Positions 21,374-29,580 of a stretch of DNA of 64,000 bases are shown in pieces. Origin of the DNA: Polaromonas sp. (lineage in GTDB: Bacteria > Pseudomonadota > Gammaproteobacteria > Burkholderiales > Burkholderiaceae_C); NCBI GenBank assembly GCA_040381515.1, contig JBEIHE010000001.1:5841-69840 (forward strand), in the 5' to 3' direction. Numbering within the stretch: the stretch's first letter is position 1; each line of letters starts with the position of its first letter. Below the pieces are notes generated by a model. That model had not been told where the DNA came from. It did not search any database and saw nothing but the letters and a program-made list of their open reading frames with translations. A program made the position numbers and the translations under genes.

Positions 21374-22120
21374 TCAGCGACCGCCGGTGACGTCCAGCAG
21401 CGCCATGGTGGTGTAACTGGCCGCATCGGAGAGCAACCAGACGATGGCCTGGGCCACCTCCTCGGCCTGCCCACCCCTTTGCATCGGGACCTGATGGGCC
21501 AGCTCTCGCACTCGATCGGGCAAGCCGCCGGACGCATGAATCTCGGTTTCAATCAGGCCCGGGCGGACCGCATTGACGCGTATGCCTTCAGCCCCCACCT
21601 CCTTGGCCAGCCCCAGGGTCATGGTGTCAATGGCAGCCTTGGCAGCGGCGTAGTCCAGATACTGCGACGGCGACCCCAGACGGGCCGCCGCGCTCGATAC
21701 GTTAACGATGCTGCCCCCAGCACCACCGTGACGCGTACTCATCCGCTTGACTGCCTCGCGGGCACAAAGCAGACTACCCAATACATTGACATCAAACATG
21801 CGTCGCCAGCGCGACCAGCTCATTTGATCCAGACGCGCGGCCACATCGACCACGCCCGCATTGTTGACCAAGCCCGAAAGACGCCCCCACTGACGGTCGA
21901 TCTGTTCAAAGAGATGCAGAACCTGAGCCTCGTCGGACACGTCGGCCTGCAAGGCCATGGCCCGACCCCCCTCGGCCCGAATACGGTCAACGACGTTTTG
22001 CGCTTCATCGCCTCGGACGCTGTAATTAACCACGACAGCCCAGCCTTGCCGAGCTGCCAACAACGCCGTCGAAGCCCCTATGCCCCGGCTTGCCCCGGTA
22101 ACCAGCAACACCCTGTCCAT
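21374..22120 (-). CDS. Short-chain dehydrogenase/reductase (YgfF-like)
   Basis: TGASRGIG, NNAG, YAAAK catalytic motif, VNAVRPGLIET. Confidence 0.92.
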   Translation of the reverse strand: MDRVLLVTGASRGIGASTALLAARQGWAVVVNYSVRGDEAQNVVDRIRAEGGRAMALQADVSDEAQVLHLFEQIDRQWGRLSGLVNNAGVVDVAARLDQMSWSRWRRMFDVNVLGSLLCAREAVKRMSTRHGGAGGSIVNVSSAAARLGSPSQYLDYAAAKAAIDTMTLGLAKEVGAEGIRVNAVRPGLIETEIHASGGLPDRVRELAHQVPMQRGGQAEEVAQAIVWLLSDAASYTTMALLDVTGGR

Positions 22121-22189
22121 AAAACGCCCTCCGGCAGCCCCGTTATCGGACGCTGACCCCAATAAAAAGTCCAAAGCAGCTAAGGCCGC

Positions 22190-23041
22190 TCAATCGCTCT
22201 CTTGCACCATCGCGCCTGGATCCTGCGGCAGCCCGGTGGCCTGCTCGCGGGCGAACGAGCGCAGGATACGCTTTTCCTGGAAGTTGAGGCTGCGACCAAT
22301 GGCATTCTTGGCCCGCACCAGCAATTCGCGATCCACCTCGGGCGGAAGACCGCGCTGACCTGGCAGCTCCTCACGCAAGGTGTCCTGATCATCGGCCACC
22401 AGATCATCCCACCAGGATCGAACCACGCTGCGCAAGGAGGCGTCGAGCTCATCACTGACAGGCTCCTCGACCCCCGCCTGCACGCGCCCGGAAAAAGCCT
22501 GAGCCCATTCGGCCGAGCGCACCAGAATCCGACGATCGGCCTCACGCAGCAGACGAGCCCATGTGGGATCCTGCTGCATCAAACGGGGCATCGACTGCGC
22601 GCGTTCGTCGGCCAGCAGATAGACCGAAACACCGGCGAGCTTGGCCGCCTCGATGACCGTCATCAAGCGATCATCGTCACTGGCGATGCACAAGGCCTGC
22701 ACTCGCCCACCCGCGACCAGGGCCTGTAGGTCCGCTGCAAGCTGTCGCACCAGGGCCAAGCCATCGGCATCTGAGGCGGGTACCAGGCGCAAAGTTTGTT
22801 CGTCCACCACCGCCTGGTCATCTCGATCGGCATACCAGTAGGTGCGCAGCAAATGAGCCCGCACCCCGCAGCGCGAGAGCACATACCGCAGCCAGTCGTT
22901 CCAACCTTCGCGGGCAGGACCGTCTCGGGAATCCGCCTCATCCTGGCGGGCCAGCCAGCGCAAATAACGTGCGTCCACCAAGGCAACCAGCTGGGCCTCT
23001 GCAGTGGGAGCACGATGAAAAGACTTGACGTATGAATTCAT
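22190..23041 (-). CDS. NYN (LabA/DUF88-like, PIN-fold) domain protein with C-terminal helical domain; possibly degenerate
   Basis: LVDARYL...RTYWYAD...IASDDDRL..VIEAAKLAGVSVYLL resembles NYN motifs (VDaGYl, YWYD, SGDxD); C-terminal LPPEVDRELL...LR. Confidence 0.65.
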   Translation of the reverse strand: MNSYVKSFHRAPTAEAQLVALVDARYLRWLARQDEADSRDGPAREGWNDWLRYVLSRCGVRAHLLRTYWYADRDDQAVVDEQTLRLVPASDADGLALVRQLAADLQALVAGGRVQALCIASDDDRLMTVIEAAKLAGVSVYLLADERAQSMPRLMQQDPTWARLLREADRRILVRSAEWAQAFSGRVQAGVEEPVSDELDASLRSVVRSWWDDLVADDQDTLREELPGQRGLPPEVDRELLVRAKNAIGRSLNFQEKRILRSFAREQATGLPQDPGAMVQESD

Positions 23042-23168
23042 AGGTAGGACCAGTAGGAAATGAAGATTCGGCAGAACCCCCTACCGGGCGCACCACCCGA
23101 ACCAATCAGTCAGGTAAGGCGACTGAACGGACGCTGCGTCGCATTTTAGGCCGGGCCGCTCCAGAGCC

Positions 23169-23194
23169 AAAAGCACAGCCTTGCGAAGGCGTGC
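23169..23194 (-). terminator. Probable intrinsic terminator after rfaH
   Basis: Minus strand GCAC-GCCTT-CGC-AAGGC-T-GTGC followed by TTTT, about 20 nt after the rfaH stop. Confidence 0.6.
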
Positions 23195-23212
23195 GCGATG
23201 GGCGCGATCGGA

Positions 23213-23713
23213 TCAGCCGAGGGCGCGCACCGAGGCGGGGTCCACCGTTACCGCCAGGGGACGGGAGAGCATCTCAATGAGCACCATGGCCCGGAGCTGG
23301 CCATCGGTCATCTGGTAAACGCCCTCAATGCCCGCAAACGCCCCCGCGGTGATGCGAACCGCCTGACCGGGCTGAAACAGTCGCTGCACATCCGTCGTCA
23401 GCGCCTCTCGGTCGCGCAAAGCGTCGATCAGCTCATCACTGACACGGGCCGGTTCCGAGCCGAATCGAACCAAACGAGCGACGCCGCGGGTCGAACCAAT
23501 CGGGGCCCAGCTGCGCGCCCCATCCCCGGTATCGAGCTGCACGAACAGATAGCGAGTGAACAAAGGCTCCTGTGCAAGAGTCAAAACCCCGCGGCGTATC
23601 CGCTCGGTGCGCAGGGTCGGCAGGTAACACCGGTAGAGCTGACGCTCAAGATTTTCCAGCGCCACCTGCTCCTGGCGGGGCTTGGAATGGATGAGATACC
23701 AGTGCCTGCTCAT
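23213..23713 (-). CDS. rfaH: Transcription antiterminator RfaH (NusG paralog)
   Basis: WYLIHSKPRQEQVALENLERQ, EPLFTRYLFV, STRGVARLVRFG, KOW motif VRITAGAFAGIEG. Start re-picked at MSRHWY. Confidence 0.88.
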   Translation of the reverse strand: MSRHWYLIHSKPRQEQVALENLERQLYRCYLPTLRTERIRRGVLTLAQEPLFTRYLFVQLDTGDGARSWAPIGSTRGVARLVRFGSEPARVSDELIDALRDREALTTDVQRLFQPGQAVRITAGAFAGIEGVYQMTDGQLRAMVLIEMLSRPLAVTVDPASVRALG

Positions 23714-23739
23714 CCGGCTATTGTCTCCAATTTGACAAC

Positions 23740-24609
23740 TCATTTCCAAATATCCGACAGAACCGCTTGGAAGGCATAGGGCCGCTCGAATTGCACCCAA
23801 TGACCCGCGTCAGCGACCGGGATCATGCCCACAAAACCAGGACACTTGCGCAGCACCGCCTCGATCTCTGCAATCTGATGGCGGTAGTAACGGTCCTGTT
23901 CGCCATAGATCACATGAACGTCCAGGCTCACCTGCTCCAAGGCCTGCGCCAGCACATCCGTTCGCGAAAGTCGCCTGTGAGGCAGGCGATCTCGCTGCGC
24001 ATTGAGTTGCTGCAACTGACACGCCTGGGGCGTGACAGAAGCCTCATGATGGAGCATCAGTTCCCGCAAGTTGTGCCGGTGAGCAGCCTGACGCTGTGAA
24101 CCTTCGGCCAGATGCCGCCAGGCGCGGGGCTTGGTGGGCTCAATGGCAGGCCGACCCAGGCCCGGCGGGGCGACCAGAGCCAGCCGTCGTACTCGGCCCG
24201 GTTCCGCTCGGGCCCACAAACCGGCCACCATGGCACCGAAGGAAAAGCCCATCAAGTCACATGGGCGCGTACCCACGAGGACCTGAAGACCCTGCTCCAG
24301 AACCGCGGGCATGACGTCGGCATCTCCACCTCCGGGAGGCAAGGCCGAATCGCCGAAACCGGGCAGGTCTGGCGCAATAATCGAGTGACCGCGTTCGAGC
24401 AGCGGCCCGATATTGCGCACCCAGTGCGTCCAACTGCCACTGCCTCCATGCAGAAGCACCAAGGGCGGACTGTGCTCGGTCGAGCCCCACAAATGCCAGA
24501 CCAGTTCACCCTCACCACAGGGGGTTCTCAGGACGCGCGCTCGCCCCAGCAAAGCTGCCGCTTCTGGCGGCAACTGAACGTCATCCAAATTAACTGCCAA
24601 GACAGACAT
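23740..24609 (-). CDS. Alpha/beta-fold hydrolase
   Basis: LLHGGSGSW oxyanion motif, DLPGFGDS, GFSFG nucleophile elbow, YGEQD, AGHWVQFE. Confidence 0.9.
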   Translation of the reverse strand: MSVLAVNLDDVQLPPEAAALLGRARVLRTPCGEGELVWHLWGSTEHSPPLVLLHGGSGSWTHWVRNIGPLLERGHSIIAPDLPGFGDSALPPGGGDADVMPAVLEQGLQVLVGTRPCDLMGFSFGAMVAGLWARAEPGRVRRLALVAPPGLGRPAIEPTKPRAWRHLAEGSQRQAAHRHNLRELMLHHEASVTPQACQLQQLNAQRDRLPHRRLSRTDVLAQALEQVSLDVHVIYGEQDRYYRHQIAEIEAVLRKCPGFVGMIPVADAGHWVQFERPYAFQAVLSDIWK

Positions 24610-24638
24610 GAGGGAAAAGAGCTACGAGCAAAACCACC

Positions 24639-25055
24639 TCAGTCCTCGGTTACCGCAGCCCGCACGCGCTTGATCGCAGACCGCTCAGCCTTTCCCTGCA
24701 GCCTGCGCAGCTTCGATGCCCGCGTGGGCTGGGTGGGCCGCCTGGGCTTTGGGGCCGCCGCGTGGGCCTCCACCCAGGCCTGCAGACGCGCCATCGCGGC
24801 CTGGCGATTGGCCTCCAGCGTTCGATGCTGCTGAGCCTTGAGCACCAGAACCCCCCCCTGGCTGATGCGGCCATCGCCGCTGGAGAGCAGGCGTGCCTTG
24901 ACGGCCTCGGGCAAAGACGAAGCGGCGATGTCAAAACGCAAGTGCACAGCCGAGGAGACCTTGTTCACGTTCTGACCACCCGAGCCCTGCGCGCGCACTG
25001 CCGTCCACTGCACCTGACGCTCATCAATCGGGTAAGAGTTTGATTCAAGGACCAT
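24639..25055 (-). CDS. arfB: Alternative ribosome rescue factor ArfB (YaeJ)
   Basis: RAQGSGGQNVNKVSSAVHLRF (GGQ motif) and basic C-terminal tail RRLQGKAERSAIKRVR. Confidence 0.95.
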   Translation of the reverse strand: MVLESNSYPIDERQVQWTAVRAQGSGGQNVNKVSSAVHLRFDIAASSLPEAVKARLLSSGDGRISQGGVLVLKAQQHRTLEANRQAAMARLQAWVEAHAAAPKPRRPTQPTRASKLRRLQGKAERSAIKRVRAAVTED

Positions 25056-25124
25056 GCCGCAATTGTGCCGCGGCGAGGATCTCAAGCGCTGCAAACCACA
25101 GCCCGATGAATTACGCCACCAGAC

Positions 25125-25550
25125 TCACCCTTTTTTGGGTGGCAGCAGGCCGCGATCGCGCAAGATCTCCGAGGCAATTGAAAAGGCATGGTTGGCGGCC
25201 GGCACGCCGCAATAGATGGCCGACTGCAAGATCACTTCCTTGAGTTCCTGCGCAGTTAAAGCCGAGTCCGCAGCGCCGTCCAGCGCCGCGCGCGTGTGCA
25301 TGGCAAATTCCTCCCAGGCCTTCAGGGCGATCAAACTAGACAGCACCATCATCCGCCGAGTCTTGTCACCCAGCGCCGGACGGCCCCAGATCTCGTGCCA
25401 CGCGTAGCGCGTGATCAATTGCTGGAATTCGCTATTGAATTCGTTGACGTTGGCAAGCGAACGGTCTACCCAGGCATCGCCCAACACTCGGCGACGATTG
25501 GCCAGCCCCTGCTGGTAAGGGGTGTCATCGGCAGGCGGCTGTAAGTCCAT
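25125..25550 (-). CDS. pcaC: 4-carboxymuconolactone decarboxylase (CMD family)
   Basis: GLANRRRVLGDAWVDRS, FQQLITRYAWHEIWGRP, LQSAIYCGVPAANHAF; follows pcaB. Confidence 0.88.
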   Translation of the reverse strand: MDLQPPADDTPYQQGLANRRRVLGDAWVDRSLANVNEFNSEFQQLITRYAWHEIWGRPALGDKTRRMMVLSSLIALKAWEEFAMHTRAALDGAADSALTAQELKEVILQSAIYCGVPAANHAFSIASEILRDRGLLPPKKG

Positions 25551-25567
25551 GCGTATTCCTTTGAAGT

Positions 25568-26767
25568 TCAGATCAAATCCTGCTCGCGCCATCGCTGCAG
25601 TTGGGCATGCACCTCAATGGCGGCATGCTGCGCCAGCGCCGGGTCAAACCATTCATCCGCTGCCTGCTTGGGCAGAGCCGCACGCAAGGCCTCAATGTTG
25701 CCGCGCATGCGCGCAGCGTCGACCTGCAAGGCCGGCACCGCCTGCGCCATGGCCCGCGCCGCTCCGTGCGCGCTCATCAACAGGCCAGGCCACTCGGCCA
25801 GTTCGGCCTGCCACCCGCCTAGCGCGCGCTCCTGCTCCTGTACGAGACAAGCCAGCAACGCCGCGACCCGGGCCGGCGCTCGCTCGGCCGCGGCCAGCGT
25901 CACCATGCAAGCCACCGGGTTGCGCTTGTGAGGCATCGCCGAGGAGCCGCCACGCCCCTCCTCGGCCGGCTCGGCGAGCTCACCGACCTCAAACTGGCTC
26001 ATCAAGGCGATGTCGCGTGCCATCTTGCCCAGGCTGCCCACCATCAAGGCGAGCTCGCAAGCCAGCGCCACCCATCGATCGCGCTCGGTGTGCCAACTGC
26101 CCTGCGGATCTCGCAGTCCGAGTTCGCGCGCCATCGAGGCTGTAATCTGCGGCCCCTTGCGACCCATCTGGGCCAGATGCCCCACCGCTCCGCCAAGTTG
26201 TAGACACAGGGCGTCCTCAGCGGCCCGGCGCAAACGCTGACGGCTGCGCAGCAGGGGCGCTACCCAGTGGATGCACTTGAGACCCAGGCTGGTCACCGAG
26301 GCTGGCTGCATCAAGGTGCGGGCGAGCACAGGATGATCGGCATGGCTCTGGGCTTTTTCCACAAGCGCGGTACACAAAGCACGTAGATCTTCATCGATCA
26401 AAGCCAGAGCCGGCTTAGAGACCAGAGCCATCGCCGTGTCAATCACATCCTGGCTGGTGCTGCCCAAGTGAACCAGCGCAGCGGCCTGCGGATTGAACAT
26501 GGCCACCGTTTCCTTCAGCGCCCTGATCAACGGAATGGCCAGACTGCCCGCACGCCCACTGTCACGCGCCACACGCGGCACGTCAAACAACTCCACCTTA
26601 CAAGTGCCAATGATCGATTGCGCCGCCTCACGGGGGATCAAACCAGCCTCGGCCTGCGCTGCAGCCAGCGCGGCCTCAAAGCGCAGCATCGCCGCTACAA
26701 ATTCGCGCTCGCCCCAAGCGCTCGTCATCTCGGGGGTGGAAAGAAAAGACTCAAAAATGCTGCTCAT
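25568..26767 (-). CDS. pcaB: 3-carboxy-cis,cis-muconate cycloisomerase (about 399 aa)
   Basis: AMLRFEAALA, HLGSTSQDVIDTA, QLGGAVG, GGSSAMPHKRNPV fumarase-superfamily signature, EQERALGGWQAE. Confidence 0.88.
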   Translation of the reverse strand: MSSIFESFLSTPEMTSAWGEREFVAAMLRFEAALAAAQAEAGLIPREAAQSIIGTCKVELFDVPRVARDSGRAGSLAIPLIRALKETVAMFNPQAAALVHLGSTSQDVIDTAMALVSKPALALIDEDLRALCTALVEKAQSHADHPVLARTLMQPASVTSLGLKCIHWVAPLLRSRQRLRRAAEDALCLQLGGAVGHLAQMGRKGPQITASMARELGLRDPQGSWHTERDRWVALACELALMVGSLGKMARDIALMSQFEVGELAEPAEEGRGGSSAMPHKRNPVACMVTLAAAERAPARVAALLACLVQEQERALGGWQAELAEWPGLLMSAHGAARAMAQAVPALQVDAARMRGNIEALRAALPKQAADEWFDPALAQHAAIEVHAQLQRWREQDLI

Positions 26768-26799
26768 ACTCGATCTCTCCGGCTGTTCGGTACAAGGGC

Positions 26800-27702
26800 T
26801 CAACTCGAATGGACCTTGCGCAAACGCATCTGATTGGGCAGCGGCACCGAGCGCTGCAAGACATCTTCGGCCAGCCAAAGCGCCGACCGCCAGGCCCGCT
26901 GGGCCACCGCCGGCAGCGGCAACTGTTGGTAGTCGTCATTAAAGACCTCAAAGCTGTAATCCCCGCGATAGCCCAGCGCGTGCAGCCGGCCGACCAGCAA
27001 AGCCAGATCAGCGCTGTGCACTCCCTCGCCGGGAAAGACCCGGAAATGCCGGGCGGTGGTCATGCGCTCCTCAAGCGACTTGATCTCAGTCCACATAAAG
27101 TCGGCCAGTTGCACCAGAAAAATCTTATCTGGGTCGAGCAGTTCCAAATCTTCCAAAGGGGTCTTGGTTGCAAACAGATGAAAGCTGTCCAGGCCCAAGC
27201 CCAGATTGGGCATGTCGGCGCGGTGCACGAGCTCCCAAGCCTGAGGGAACTCCTGCACGCTGCGCCCCCAAGACAAGGCCTCGTAGGCCACCTTGATCCC
27301 CTTGGGAATGGCCAGCACAGCCAGCTTGCGCAAATCGCGCACCAGATCTTGCGCATCGCCCGAGGCGTGGACCGATGTCGAGGAGCAAACCAGCAGCACC
27401 TTCGAACCGAGCGCACTGCACATTTCCAGCATCGATTTGGCGATGTCAACCTTGTAGTCATGGAGGTGACCCGAGAGCCCCTCAAAGTCGCGCAGAACCT
27501 GAAAGCCGGTGACACGCAAACCGCTGCACCTGACCAAGTCCACCGCCGCATCCAAACCTTGCGGATGACCCACGACATCGCGAGCCGCAAGCATGATCTG
27601 CGAAAAACCCGCCTCGCGCACCGCCTTGAGTTTGGCCTCCAGGGAACCGGCCAGCGAGATGGTGTCCATCCCGAAGTCCTTGATATGGTGACGGAAGTCC
27701 AT
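26800..27702 (-). CDS. Xylose-isomerase-like TIM barrel; 3-dehydroshikimate dehydratase (QuiC1/QsuB N-terminal domain) candidate
   Basis: TISLAGSLEAKL, LRDFEG, VLLVCS, YEALSWG, LDSFH, KIFLVQLAD, RHFRVFPGEG, SFEVFND all follow the QuiC1 dehydratase domain pattern as recalled. Confidence 0.78.
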   Translation of the reverse strand: MDFRHHIKDFGMDTISLAGSLEAKLKAVREAGFSQIMLAARDVVGHPQGLDAAVDLVRCSGLRVTGFQVLRDFEGLSGHLHDYKVDIAKSMLEMCSALGSKVLLVCSSTSVHASGDAQDLVRDLRKLAVLAIPKGIKVAYEALSWGRSVQEFPQAWELVHRADMPNLGLGLDSFHLFATKTPLEDLELLDPDKIFLVQLADFMWTEIKSLEERMTTARHFRVFPGEGVHSADLALLVGRLHALGYRGDYSFEVFNDDYQQLPLPAVAQRAWRSALWLAEDVLQRSVPLPNQMRLRKVHSS

Positions 27703-27703
27703 G

Positions 27704-28594
27704 TCACACCCTGTCGTCATGGACCAGCTCGAAGCTGACGCTGCCCATCCATGTGCGCGTCAGGGCGCCTCGAGCTTCGGTGTGCACCGACTTCGATTGC
27801 ACAAACTCCACGCCGCAACGGCCGAGCTCGGCCACCGTCTGCAGCACATCGGCTGTTCCAAGCCCCACGCGCTGCAACTGCTCATCACCCTCCACATCTA
27901 GTAGACCTGCCTCGGGCTCGATGAGCTGTATGTAAAAGCGCCTATCGTCAGGACAAGGGCTTTGCAAAATCCGACCTTTGGGCAAGATGCCAAAACGCTG
28001 ATCGGTGGGCAGTTGAGAAAAACCGAAGAGCTCCCGGTAGAACTCCGTCCAGTCATCCGTTCGTTCGTTACCGATGTACTGCACCACCCCGAAAAAGTGC
28101 AGGCCGGCTATCGCAGGGGGATGCGGGTCCACACCTGGAATCGGCACAAAGTCGACGTCGTAGATGGAAAATTTGTCATGCCGGTCCACAAAGTAGATGC
28201 GGCTGCTACCCACGCCGTGGATGGCAGGAATATTGAGCTCCATGACCTCCACATGCGTGGGCACCGCCCACGCGCCGCGTTCGAGCGCCCGGCGATAGGC
28301 CATGCCCGCATCGCGCACCCTCAGGGCCAGGGCGGCCAGGCGCGGCTTGTCCTCCTGAACCGCTGCATCGGGTCGGCTCGCCCCGTGGGCATTGACGATC
28401 ACATTGATACGCCCCTGTCGATAGAGCAGCACTTCGCGCGAACGATGTCGGGCAATCGGCTTGAAGCCCATGGCCTCCAGCACCTGCCCCAGAGCCTGGG
28501 GCCTGCCGGTGGCATATTCGATGAACTCGATGCCCTCCATGCCCAGAGGATTTTCGACATCCATGATGTTTTCGCGCTGCACCAGAGTGACCAT
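27704..28594 (-). CDS. 4-hydroxyphenylpyruvate-dioxygenase-like VOC protein, probably non-catalytic
   Basis: ENPLGMEGIEFIEYA, RHRSREVLLYRQGRINVIVN, ELNIPAIHGVGSSRIYFVD (HPPD-like); lacks the DH and QH iron-ligand motifs. Start 28594 or 28564. Confidence 0.75.
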   Translation of the reverse strand: MVTLVQRENIMDVENPLGMEGIEFIEYATGRPQALGQVLEAMGFKPIARHRSREVLLYRQGRINVIVNAHGASRPDAAVQEDKPRLAALALRVRDAGMAYRRALERGAWAVPTHVEVMELNIPAIHGVGSSRIYFVDRHDKFSIYDVDFVPIPGVDPHPPAIAGLHFFGVVQYIGNERTDDWTEFYRELFGFSQLPTDQRFGILPKGRILQSPCPDDRRFYIQLIEPEAGLLDVEGDEQLQRVGLGTADVLQTVAELGRCGVEFVQSKSVHTEARGALTRTWMGSVSFELVHDDRV

Positions 28595-28674
28595 GCTTGC
28601 TCCGCACATGAGGCTCGAAGATGTCCGCAATGTAGCGCCCCGTCCGAAGAGGCGCTCAAAGAGACCGCACTTTC

Positions 28675-28710
28675 GCGCGATTAACGTACACTTTAATGCG
28701 ATCAACGAAC
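28675..28710. promoter_or_regulatory. Two PcaR/PobR/PcaU-type IclR operator-like boxes
   Basis: gcgcgattaacgtac (28675-28689) and atgcgatcaacgaac (28696-28710) each match 12/15 to GTGCGATTATCGAAC (reverse complement of the PcaR-type consensus as recalled); starts are 21 bp apart. Confidence 0.62.
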
Positions 28711-28732
28711 GAATAAAGGGTTTTCACTAGTC

Positions 28733-29521
28733 ATGCCTGACTTCCAGACCCCCGACAAATTAGATGGCTTACAGCGCCGGGACTGGATCGCCGGCCTAGA
28801 AAAGGGTCTGGACGTGGTGGCCTGTTTCGATGCCGACCATTCACGACTGAATGCCAGCGAGGTGGCACAGCGATGCGGCATCACCCGCACGGCAGCCCGG
28901 CGCTACCTGCTGACCCTACAGCACCTGGGCTTTGTCGCAGGCGACGGCAGGCTTTACTGGCTCACTCCTCGGGTGCTCAGGCTGGGGCAGGCCTATCTGG
29001 AGTCCGCTCGCCTGCCGCGGGTGGTGCAGCCGTATCTGCAGCGAGTGACTGCCGGCACACAAGAGAACGCCTATGTCAGCGTGCTCGACGGCAACGAGAT
29101 CGTCTTCATTGCTCGCAACGGCTCCAACCGCGCCATGAACATCGGCTATGTGATGGGCGCTCGGGTCAAGGCCGAGGTCACCGCAGCAGGACTCATGCTG
29201 CTGGCCATGCGCGATCCCCAATGGCTCGAGCAGTGGCTGGACACCCACACCCTGAGCACCTACACGCCCTACACCATCAACAGCAAGGAACGCCTCAAAG
29301 TCGAACTGGCTCGGGTGCGGGCGCAGGGCTGGGCGCTGTCGGAACAGCAGCTCGACCTGAACTATCGGGGTATCGCTGTGCCGATGCGCGACCGGCACGG
29401 GCAAGTGCAGGCCGCCCTTTCGGTCACCATGCCCATGGGTCACGAGTCCTCCAGGGAGGCCATCCAACGCGTGCTCAGCGTGCTCAATGAGACCGCTCAA
29501 GCGATGCGACAGCTCCTGTAG
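28733..29521 (+). CDS. IclR-family regulator, PcaR/PobR-like
   Basis: IAGLEKGLDVV..F, ITRTAARRYLLTL HTH, LTPRVLRLGQAY, GIAVP; divergent from the catabolic genes. Confidence 0.92.
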   Translation: MPDFQTPDKLDGLQRRDWIAGLEKGLDVVACFDADHSRLNASEVAQRCGITRTAARRYLLTLQHLGFVAGDGRLYWLTPRVLRLGQAYLESARLPRVVQPYLQRVTAGTQENAYVSVLDGNEIVFIARNGSNRAMNIGYVMGARVKAEVTAAGLMLLAMRDPQWLEQWLDTHTLSTYTPYTINSKERLKVELARVRAQGWALSEQQLDLNYRGIAVPMRDRHGQVQAALSVTMPMGHESSREAIQRVLSVLNETAQAMRQLL

Positions 29522-29580
29522 CGCTACCGCACGCAACGCCCTCTCAGACGACCGTCTGGGATGCGAGACGAAAGAGCCTT

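Noticed and set aside
23879-23890. GGCGGTAG ops core near rfaH
   Set aside because: It is on the plus strand inside the hydrolase coding region (wrong orientation for this transcript) and lacks the downstream TG; likely chance.
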